A program made the translations under genes and the position numbers. A DNA stretch of 63,928 bases, the filler included, from Octopus bimaculoides (lineage: Eukaryota), in the NCBI RefSeq assembly GCF_001194135.2. It is 8 parts of 6 records of this genome, joined end to end, with 100 filler letters (N's around TTAATTAATTAA, not from the genome) between each part and the next. Parts side by side here need not be neighbours in the genome. Positions count along the whole stretch, not along the records: positions 50,868 to 56,874 come from NC_068984.1; positions 56,975 to 60,429 come from NC_069004.1; positions 60,530 to 62,746 come from NC_068982.1; positions 62,847 to 63,928 come from NC_068982.1; 4 more parts are not named here. One strand, 5' to 3'. Position 1 is the first letter of the stretch. The number at the start of each line of letters is the position of its first letter. A model generated the notes under the pieces. The model searched no databases and was not told the origin of the DNA. It was given only the letters and a program-made list of their open reading frames with translations. Positions 53,579 through 63,928 of the stretch are shown in pieces.

Positions 53579-54020
53579 CNNNNNNNNNNNNNNNNNNNNN
53601 NNNNNNNNNNNNNNNNNNNNNNNNNNNNNNNNNNNNNNNNNNNNNNNNNNNNNNNNNNNNNNNNNNNNNNNNNNNNNNNNNNNNNNNNNNNNNNNNNNNN
53701 NNNNNNNNNNNNNNNNNNNNNNNNNNNNNNNNNNNNNNNNNNNNNNNNNNNNNNNNNNNNNNNNNNNNNNNNNNNNNNNNNNNNNNNNNNNNNNNNNNNN
53801 NNNNNNNNNNNNNNNNNTAAACCTAACCCTAACCTAACCCTAACCTTAACCCTAAACGTAACCCTAACCCTAACCCTAACCTAACCCTAAACCTAACCCT
53901 AACCTAACCCTAACCTTAACCCTAAACGTAACCCTAACCCTAACCCTAACCTAACCCTAACCCTAACCCTAACCCTAACCTAACCCTAACCCTAACCCTA
54001 ACCCTAACCCTAACCCTAAC
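53573..54020 (-). repeat. Interstitial telomeric array (CCCTAA)n on +, spanning an N gap
   Basis: ccctaac at 53573-53579, gap, then 53818-54020 including an exact 70-bp tandem duplication. Confidence 0.92.
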
Positions 54021-54219
54021 TTAATCCGCTGCCACCCAACCCGGTTTCGAGCCCCATACAGTTTAGGGGTAACTTTAGTAATATTCATTAAGATGTAATC
54101 ATTTGGATGCTACCATGACATCTCCCCTACCTCACACCAATTCAGGGACATTGAGATAAGTCGGGATGCTTGCCTTTCTTTCTCTGATTTAATACTAAAA
54201 AATATAAAATCTATTCACG

Positions 54220-54850
54220 TATTCTCTCTGTCTTTTGGGAGTTTCATGAGAATAGGGTCCTCAGGTATTCCCTTCTTCAGGGTCCTGTCTTTACACTTTT
54301 TGGCTATATCCCCAAGTGTGTCTAACTGATATATAGACCTCCAGCAATCTCGTACTTAGGTCTCTTAACGATTGCACGGACAGAGTTCTCAGGCAACTCT
54401 TCCATAGGGTCTTATCAAAAGAAACTGGCATGAACACTTACTGACTGGATATTACCCAGCCATCTTGTTTTTGATCTACTTTAGGTCTCATAATGGTTGA
54501 ATAGACTTAAAGAATCGAATTTGTGAGTCATTCTTGTGTCATTTTAATCACATGTCCGTCGTACTGGAGTTGTGACTTCTCAATGTGGAGAAGTTGCGAC
54601 TCGACCAAGAGAGACTCTCTGATCTCCGAGTTATGCACCCTGTCGAGTCACGTTGCTCCAGAGATCCTTTCGGATATCTCCATATCGGCCGCTTGAATTT
54701 GCGATCGTACTGTCCCGATCATTAGACAACATTGAAAATCATAGGCGAGAATGGGTATGAAAACTAAATTGAACGTAGCGAGTTGGGTTTTTTTACCAAT
54801 CCCTCCTCTTTCCAGGATCGAATGCTGACGCTCCTTCATTACAGTGTCAG
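54220..54850 (-). mobile_element. Decayed RTE LINE 3' fragment
   Basis: FIPILAYDFQC..RSQIQAADM..RISGAT*LDRVHNSEIRESL..QLQYDGHV. Confidence 0.75.
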
Positions 54851-55311
54851 CACCTGTAAATCTTGCATCAAATTGAAGCTCCTGCTGAATAAAATATAGA
54901 ACAAAAATCAGGGCTGACTTGAGGCTACGGATAAAACTTATGACTACATGAGCGATACTTTTGTAAGAGAAGCGAAGCTAGTATTTAGATACAGATTAGA
55001 TATGAATCGTTCTGATGGAGCTATTATCTAGGTATGAACTAATGCATATCATTTTGACTTTTATATTGAGATACAGAGAATATGATGTTTAGCCAAGACA
55101 CCTGCCGAGAGATATTTACTGTGCTATATCACTGTGAACTGGCTTTCAATATTTTTTGTAATATCAGCTTTATAAACGTGACATAATTATCAATCTTGAA
55201 GCTTTGTTTAAACACGACCGACATTTCTTCTTCGTCTTATTCCATCAGACACTGTCTCTACATCTCTTCGCTCTTATTATTTCTCTCTTTCTCCTTTCAC
55301 TTCCTCCCTCT

Positions 55312-55376
<65 letters not shown>

Positions 55377-56038
55377 NNNNNNNNNNNNNNNNNNNNNNNN
55401 NNNNNNNNNNNNNNNNNNNNNNNNNNNNNNNNNNNNNNNNNNNNNNNNNNNNNNNNNNNNNNNNNNNNNNNNNNNNNNNNNNNNNNNNNNNNNNNNNNNN
55501 NNNNNNNNNNNNNNNNNNNNNNNNNNNNNNNNNNNNNNNNNNNNNNNNNNNNNNNNNNNNNNNNNNNNNNNNNNNNNNNNNNNNNNNNNNNNNNNNNNNN
55601 NNNNNNNNNNNNNNNNNNNNNNNNNNNNNNNNNNNNNNNNNNNNNNNNNNNNNNNNNNNNNNNNNNNNNNNNNNNNNNNNNNNNNNNNNNNNNNNNNNNN
55701 NNNNNNNNNNNNNNNNNNNNNNNNNNNNNNNNNNNNNNNNNNNNNNNNNNNNNNNNNNNNNNNNNNNNNNNNNNNNNNNNNNNNNNNNNNNNNNNNNNNN
55801 NNNNNNNNNNNNNNNNNNNNNNNNNNNNNNNNNNNNNNNNNNNNNNNNNNNNNNNNNNNNNNNNNNNNNNNNNNNNNNNNNNNNNNNNNNNNNNNNNNTG
55901 TGTGTATATATATTTATACGTATATATGTATTTATATATATTTATATATTGACATGTATATGTATGTATGTATTTATAAATATATACATTTAAATATATC
56001 TATACGTATGTATATACATATATATATGTGTGTGTATG

Positions 56039-56129
<91 letters not shown>

Positions 56130-56169
56130 ATATATGTATTTATGTGTGTAAGCATGTACGTACACACGC

Positions 56170-56450
56170 ATATATTTATGCCAGTTGTCCTCTACAAAAC
56201 AGAAATTTGGACAACGTACAGAGCAATGGAGACGATATATGCCATTGAGATGTGGAGCTATTAATCAGAATAAGCTGGAAAGAAAAGGTCACAAATGTTG
56301 CATCACTAGAGTAGCTGAAAGTTCTAAGACATCTATTTTATGCTTCAAGTCATTGTCTAAGACCATACTGACAGGGTGTGTGGACGGGAAGTGAGGCATA
56401 GGTCACCAAAGACGGACTGGAGTGCATTAGGTTGGCGCTCAGGATGTGGG
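56170..56450 (+). mobile_element. Decayed RTE LINE fragment
   Basis: FMPVVLYKTEIWT..IYAIEMW. Confidence 0.6.
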
Positions 56451-56974
56451 GGAAAAAACAAAAGTAGGACTATTCGTTCTTCTGGAAAATAAGATAGACA
56501 ATTCTTCAAGAGGTGTCCCCCACCCCCACCCCATCATGGTCGCCGTCTAATGACGGAAACAAGTATAAACAACGGAGAAAACAAAATGAAGAAACAGAAA
56601 CGCATTTGTATCCAAATATTACAGCATGCTCAAAAAATAATACATATATAATGTGTGTGTGTGTGCGTTTAAGTAGAAAATTTTGTATACTAATTTCTAT
56701 GATATTAAAACCTTCCCATTTCTTAATGGAACAAAAACAAAGCAAATTACATAGATTCCGATAAGGATTATCAAGAATCCAAGTTGACCTGAAGAAACCA
56801 AAATCGACAGCATAGTATGGCCGTAAAATATCAAAAAAGATATAACAAATACCTAATATATATATATATATATANNNNNNNNNNNNNNNNNNNNNNNNNN
56901 NNNNNNNNNNNNNNNNNNTTAATTAATTAANNNNNNNNNNNNNNNNNNNNNNNNNNNNNNNNNNNNNNNNNNNN

Positions 56975-57005
<31 letters not shown>

Positions 57006-57479
57006 CAAATGGATGTGTTATAACACTATTTCACATATATAAAAACAACCATACCAACAATCCAAAATACCTCCATCATTAGCTGCCCCGGATGTCATTA
57101 TGGTTTCGACATCTGGGCAGTAACCTTCAATCCGGTGGTGTAAACAGCACTAAAAGAAGTGTTGTTTGGAGAAAAAAAAATCACAACTTTCAAACACATT
57201 TACCTTATGTACAACAGTATTCAATCGAAATAGAAGCAGGATTAAACACTAACTTCGGGGCACTGATAATTTATCGCATGAAGCTTGCTTCTTAATCCGA
57301 ATTCGTGAGCGGTATACTCTAACCACTAAGCCACGTACCTTCAAGGCTGCTGCAGTATGGGCGTCTCTCACTTTACCAACTCTTGATGGGATAATCGGTG
57401 TCTCAGAAGATTTACTCGTACATATATAAAAGAAGATAAAACGAAATTATATCTATGATTGATAACTCGAAGCCTCCCA

Positions 57480-57760
57480 CCTCATAGCTATCGGCCGCAT
57501 GCGCTGGTACGGACATGTCTTCTGTCCCCAGCTAAATCATCCTATCTCGGATTACTCTCATTCGATGCAGCGACTACGGTCTGGAAGAGGTCACGTGGCA
57601 GGCCCCGCACCGGGTGGTGGGACGCAATTAGGGTAGATCTGAGGCCCGACGTCACCTTGAAGGATATGGAGGGGCTGGCACGGGTCCGCCAGCGATGGAG
57701 AGCACTGGTGAACTTGGTCGGCTCTGGGTTACCACAGATGACGTCTCTGGGACACCACTA
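57480..57760 (+). mobile_element. RTE LINE 3' fragment
   Basis: RMRWYGHV..WKRSRGRPRTGWWDAIRVDL..LARVRQRWRALV. Confidence 0.8.
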
Positions 57761-59394
57761 ACTTGGAATGACCTCATCTCCGTCAAGCAAGAGCACAAAG
57801 AAAACAAGCAAGAAGCACTGATAACCATCTACATCTTTAAAAATAAAGAATATTGGTGGAAAATTCCAATAGAAGCAGCAAGTGTAAGTACGTCAGGAAA
57901 AACATTGGTTTATTGGACAAGGATATCGATGCCTTATTGTAAAGATGTGCTGCTGCCCGGCACATGTGAATGACTCGTAGAAAATTGGGAGAAGGAGAAC
58001 AGTTTTGGAGAACTAATGAGAAACTTACAATTCTTCTATCCAGCCAAAAGATTTTCGTTTGTATCTGTTACTTTTAGTGCACTGGGTTAGGCAACCACTG
58101 GTGATTTGCATAAAATCCTGGAAACGCACAAATTCTGTACAAAAAAAAAAAACAGAAGCATGCGTGGTTGTGTGGTAAGGAGTTTGTTTCTCAACCATAA
58201 GGTTCTGGGTTTAGTCTCACAGTATGACACGAGCAGACTATTCCATTCATCGGGTCGTATAAAATTAGTGTACATTTAAATACAAAGAGAGGTGAACCGT
58301 AACAGGTCGCCTTACATGCTAGAAGGAACAGTCAAAAAGTCCAAATCACAGTAAATAGTAATTTCGAAGTGAATGGAAACGTGAAATAAAGTGGTTAGGA
58401 ATATCCTAATCACTTAGCCACGTGTCCTCGCACATAGATACATAGAGAGAAGGATATCTCGAAGTATAAAGATCTCCAAGACCTTCTTGTGATATAAAGG
58501 ACGATGAACAAAACAAAATACTTCCCTCACAACTTTGCTACCAATTAAGTGGCTGGCCAGAGTTCACTCTTAATTAAAAGAGAAAATAAATATATTTATG
58601 CTTATATTTGTGTGTGAGTCTGTCTGTCCCCATGTCCCCCACAACCACTTGACAACCAGTATTGTTATGTTTACGTCCACCATAACGCAACACTTCTGCA
58701 AAAGCGACCGATGTATTAAGCTTAAAAAGGAAACTCTTAAAGACGAGGTTCTGGCATGGCCCTACAGTCTAATAACTGAAATAAATGATAAGTTATTTCC
58801 CTTGCATGGAGGGCGAAATATTTCTAAAGTTACCTCCCTTGTTATCTTTCCTTCTATACTCTCAGTATGAAAGTAAAGGTGGTGGATGGACTACTATAAT
58901 TGAATAAATTAAGAGAAGTTAAGTTAAAAGAAGTTAAAAGCAATAAAGAACAAGACGAGAGAAGATGAATTTTGTTTTAAAGAAATATCACAAAACACCC
59001 CCACAAAAAACAAACTCTTAAAGAAACAACTGCTTAAAATTGTTATAAAAGGTTTTAACATGCAATGAACACGAATCTCGGTGCGTGGCTTAGTGGTTAG
59101 ATCGTTACACTCACGATCGGAAGATAAGATTTCGATTACAACGCAGAGCGCTGTGTTCTCCAATGAATCATTTTTTTTTTTTTACTTTATTCTAGTTCAC
59201 TTGGATAGCAAAAATTAGTAATCCTGCAACAGTCTGGCGTTCCGCCTATGGGTGAGTATATACCCCTACAGAAACCCGAAAATCGGCCTTATGAATTTAT
59301 ATGACTTGGGAATGAACATTGTAATTCTTTTAAACATCAGATTAAAAAAAATCTTCCTCGTTAGTTTTGTTGCAATGTGCACCTACGACTTCAG

Positions 59395-59840
59395 AGAAAA
59401 ATTGGGCGTAAGATGTGGTGTACAAGAGAGAATACTGCGCTGGTATGGTCACATGATGCGTATGAATGAGGACAGCTGCATAAAGAAGCGCTGATCTCTT
59501 ACTGTGGAAAAGGTAGACTCAAGAAGACGTGGAACGAGGTGATGAAACATGATCTTTGAATGTTGAGTCTCACGGAGGTGATAACAAATGACCGAGACCT
59601 TTGGCGATTTGCTGTACTTGAGATTCGATTCCCGGCAGAATGTTGTGTCCTTGAGCAAGACACTTTATTTCACGTTCCACCTGTCCACTCAGCTGGCAAA
59701 AATGAGTTATACCTGTATTTCAAAGGGCCAGCCTTGTCACACTCTGTGTCACGCTGAATCTCCATAAGAACTACGTTAGAGGTACGCATGTTTGTAAAGT
59801 ACTCAGCCACTTTTCATCGTAACCGGCGGAGTGCCAGTTT
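59395..59840 (+). mobile_element. RTE 3' fragment joined to SINE family C body
   Basis: ILRWYGHMMRMNEDSCIKK..KTWNEVMKHDL..DRDLWRFAV, then the family C sequence. Confidence 0.8.
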
Positions 59841-60528
59841 ACATAATATGTGAATGTGTTTGTTCCAATTGCTGTTTAATGGTAACCCTGATGAAGTAAA
59901 CCCATGGGTATTAGACTTTCTCCATCGCCAACCTGATCCTTTGAGTTTTATGAGATTTTACTCCATTTCTAGCATTTCAGTCAGGTGTTTTACCTGAAGA
60001 TATCTTCCACCTGCATTTCCTTCCATCAGTTTTAATCTTGGAGATTCTATAAAGAGTAATCAGCATTGCTCTTCTCTCCTAATTAAGTAATAAATAAATA
60101 TTCAGTGTTCCTGCCATGACCATCATATCGTATTTCCATACAATAATCTTGCGAACTTACCCACCCACTTCACTTATATACACCTCACTGTCACCTGAGT
60201 GTACCCCACCCACCCCACCACTGCCATCATGTCTCCTTTATTGCAAGATACCTACTTCTGTTCCTCCACTCATATTCCAATCTCTCACCTGTCACAAAAA
60301 CACCTTCCTCAATACAGGTGTTGTCATGTAAATTATTTGATCCCACTACTGCTGGCATCATGTAAAAAGCACCCAGCACACTCTGTAAAGTGGTCACCAT
60401 TAGGAAGGGCATCTCACTCTAGAAATCATNNNNNNNNNNNNNNNNNNNNNNNNNNNNNNNNNNNNNNNNNNNNTTAATTAATTAANNNNNNNNNNNNNNN
60501 NNNNNNNNNNNNNNNNNNNNNNNNNNNN

Positions 60529-60810
60529 NAAGAAAATGATGTCACATGTTATCGAGGCTACCATTCTTTCTGGATGTGCAAAAGGGGATGACGTCTTTAT
60601 TCCAAGAATTCCTCTTACTCCATCAGGAGCAGACATTCCTTTTACATTCAGAAGACTAGAATTCCCCCTTCGTGTGACTTTTGCCATGTCTCAGGGTCAA
60701 ACACTGTCTGTAGCTGGTCTTCTCTTGGAAGAGCCCTGCTTCTCACATGGACAACTGTATGTTGGCTGCTCAAGAGTGGGCAGCAAAAAAAACCTATTTG
60801 TATATGCGAC
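60529..60810 (+). mobile_element. Helitron RepHel PIF1-like helicase C-terminal fragment
   Basis: VIEATIL..VFIPRIPLTP..PFTFRRLEFPLRVTFAM-SQGQTLSVAGL.LEEPCFSHGQLYVGCSRVG. Confidence 0.9.
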
Positions 60811-61569
60811 TTTCATATATTTATATTGATATACATATATATACGTGTAAGATCTGTAGGCGTTCGATCCAGTCGATATCAAAGAGATTCAGCTCACAAA
60901 AGACTAGGTAGACTGTGCACCGACCATGACGACCAGCTATTTCTATGTTACTATTGAATTCACCAAGTAGCTGCAGCTATATGAAATAAACATTTGTTGT
61001 TTATGATTAGATATCTTAATGATATACGATATATTGAAACGCTACCAAAATGAACTCAGGAAATGTTATATAACAACAAAAAAGGAAATAGAAAATAATA
61101 CAGTCCTCGACCGTTTTGAATCTGAGACTTATGAGCAATCTAAGGCTGGTATACAGAAATTTGCTACTATAAATAATGATAATTTAAAAGATACCGCGAA
61201 AGTTGTGAAAGAAGAACCTCATGGTAATTTTGTAGAGATAGTTTTTTTTCTTTTTTTTGGCTTATCAATACTTCCCTCTAAAGACATTCTCCAACCATAC
61301 AATATCAAGCAAGATGGAACGAAAAACCGTAGACTACATCAGTTTTAAGTTAAGAGATGTCATGATTGCTCCACCGTGGCTCTCACGTTAAAGTATGCTA
61401 ATGGCGTTATTTTTAAATTATGGGTAATTCATACTTTGTATTGTCTCATTCGATCAGAGTAATTATTGCACTTTTATCCGCATTTGTAAATGTTTGATAT
61501 TATTTCTTTCATCAATTGCAAAATAGATACGAGTGTGCTTTTGTTGTAAATTTTTTCGTTCCATCGCTT

Positions 61570-61985
61570 CCTTTCTTTCTTTACTTGCTTCAGTCATTGG
61601 ACTATGACCATGCTAGAGTATCGCCTTCAAAGCCTTCAGTCGAGTAGATTCATACAATACTTATTTTAATGTCTGGTACATATTCTATCAGTCTATTTTG
61701 CCGTACAGCTAAGTTACAGTGACGTAATCCAACGCCAGTTGTCAAGCTGATTCTGGACAGACACGGCGCAAAGACATACGTACAGATACAACGGTCTTCC
61801 ACATATTTTCCGTGTAGCAAATTCCCCACGTATATTCCACTACATTCCTATATATTTCATAATATTCCACTATTTCCGTTTATATTCAAGTTACTGTGCG
61901 GTATCATGTATTCAGCCTAGTACTATAGTAGAAGACACTTGCCTAAGGGACCGCGCAGTGAGACTGAACTCGACACTACGTAATA
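61570..61985 (-). mobile_element. SINE family B
   Basis: tttacttgcttcagtcattggact...tatagtagaagacacttgcctaagggaccgcgcagtg. Confidence 0.75.
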
Positions 61986-62634
61986 GCAAAGCGCCGCATT
62001 ATTTGTTATAGACTAATTTTATAAAGTTTTGCATTTTAGCTGCGTGAACTTGACACACTTCGTGTGTTCATATCTTCCACACTTCGTGTGTTCATATCTT
62101 CCACACGCTTTCATATTTAGCGTCTCTAGTTTGTTATCACAGCTTTCAAATAGTTTAAAATCATCATACACTGCTACTGACAGAAAGTGTAGAGTACCTT
62201 ACAGTGGATAGATATTTTTATGTATATTTTTACTTTGGATCCTATAAAGTCAATTTAACTTTTCATCTTTCTTAAGGGCAATCATCGACATAGCAGATAA
62301 ATATTGAATTGAACTGGTTATGTCCTTCCATGAAAAATATTAGCCCAAGGAAGAATTCGTTACAATCGAGGAGGAAGATAGGGAAGAAGAAGAAGAAGAA
62401 GAAGACGGTGTGGTGAGGGAAGAAGAGGGGGAAGAATAACATCGAAAAAAAAAAGAGAAATATTTGGATAAAGAAGATATAGAACTTTTCATTTGAGCAT
62501 CTGTTTCCAGTCACTGATATCGCGTTGTGACTCTGGTCAGGGGGCGTATTTGCTTTATAAATAAGGTTAGAAGCCACTGCAGATGCAGTGGTTTTATATG
62601 GAAAGTATCACCCCTATGCCCACTAAATAGCATC

Positions 62635-62673
<39 letters not shown>

Positions 62674-63366
62674 TTGTGAGTGGATTTGGTAGACGGATAC
62701 TGAAAAGAAGCCCGTGGTGTATATATATATATATATATATATATATNNNNNNNNNNNNNNNNNNNNNNNNNNNNNNNNNNNNNNNNNNNNTTAATTAATT
62801 AANNNNNNNNNNNNNNNNNNNNNNNNNNNNNNNNNNNNNNNNNNNNGGGCAAGGGCGAAGTCTTACCGAAAAAGTTAAAAAACCATAACGGGGCAATGAA
62901 GTTTCTTACTGAGGGTGGATTTAGTGGTCAGTAGTGGTCAGTTATACGATGCATTTCGTCACAATGCTATTTTAGATGTCAGTAATCAAATTAACAACAC
63001 ACTGTCCCAATGTATTTTTTTATTTTTTGAGGCAGGCCCTGAATGTTATTGATAATATAAATCATAGTCAATCTCCACGGTTATAATTTTTTTTATCGAA
63101 TTTACGACTCTCGAAACACTAACTGAGCACCATAGATCGATATTAAATGTACTTTCACTTTTCTTATGATAAAATTGTAAATAAAGTTGGTGATGGAGAA
63201 AGGCATATTGTTAAAAATTTTTTCCAGCCATTTGAGGTTACAAAAAAAAATTAATGTAATTTTCGTCATTAGAACTACATATCTCGAAAACAATCTGGTG
63301 AAAAATTCAAGCGGTTGAAAGAAATTTAACAAGATCCAAATTATTTCCTGGATATGTAAAGCTTCC

Positions 63367-63443
63367 AATAGAAGCTTAATAGCTTCTATTCTTACAGTAT
63401 GTCATGCCAAATCTAATGATTTGGCATGACATACTGTAAGAAT
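63367..63443. other. Two adjacent perfect hairpins, both with TAAT loops
   Basis: aatagaagct-taat-agcttctatt (10-bp stem) and attcttacagtatgtcatgccaaatc-taat-gatttggcatgacatactgtaagaat (26-bp stem). Confidence 0.95.
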
Positions 63444-63615
63444 CATAGGTTACAGACAGTCATATCAAATCTGTAGGTGTCATTAAGTGAGAATTATGCT
63501 TTTAATACCTCTTACTGTGGCTACAAGATAGATTAGTTTTAGTAAACTAAAGCTTATAAACTTACGAGAAGGTACTCATTAGTATTCCACAGGCGATATT
63601 CAGTTTTATAGTAAA

Positions 63616-63928
63616 CTAGCAGAAATACCCGGCTTTGCCCGGGTTAAAGAGAATAATGAAATCTAAAAACGCCGTCTAGACTACGCAACCCTCAACAGTT
63701 AGTAGCTACGATACCATATTTCTATATTAATAACTCTCCAATCCATGCCAGCATGGAACATAGACATTAAGTGGAATGCCAGTCTCTCATCTAGGAGGGC
63801 CTTGAAATCAATGTTACCAACTGGGGACTATGTGTGTCGTAGTGATAATAAAAAGACCCAAAGGAGGTCTGCAACGAAATAATTTTACTCAACACTTTGC
63901 AAGTGAATCAGTGGAGGCAAAGATGCGT
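63616..63928 (-). mobile_element. Helitron 3' terminal fragment
   Basis: Minus strand cccgg-gcaaag-ccggg-tatttctg-CTAG|T, the canonical Helitron 3' end. Confidence 0.8.

Noticed and set aside
62055-62105. 24-bp tandem duplication (also tgatatatgg repeats at about 34950-35025)
   Set aside because: Ordinary slippage duplications without spacers; not CRISPR-like.

Overview
AT-rich, microsatellite-dense animal genomic DNA. The SINE, Penelope and RTE repertoire points to an octopus-type cephalopod (inference). It is a gappy draft: seven 100-bp N44-TTAATTAATTAA-N44 artificial linkers mark joins whose contiguity is unproven. Almost all ORF-track entries are microsatellite or N artefacts. Real content: (1) short minus-strand GT-AG exons of an unidentified protein, with a five-exon chain at 11022-2604 and a three-exon chain at 46802-44701; (2) many decayed retroelements (several Penelope-like elements, RTE and CR1 LINEs, at least four SINE families), plus mariner and Helitron fragments and MITE/fold-back elements. 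The most striking locus is 52211-54020. There a GIY-YIG Penelope-like retroelement with a twin-priming-style 5' inversion lies between head-to-head telomeric arrays, (TTAGGG)n-element-(CCCTAA)n, as if both cDNA strands were primed by G-rich telomere ends. Also notable: a tRNA-headed element carrying a hammerhead ribozyme motif, an RTE LINE with three C-terminal C2H2 fingers, and several perfect palindromes. No rRNA, bona fide tRNA or CRISPR array was found.
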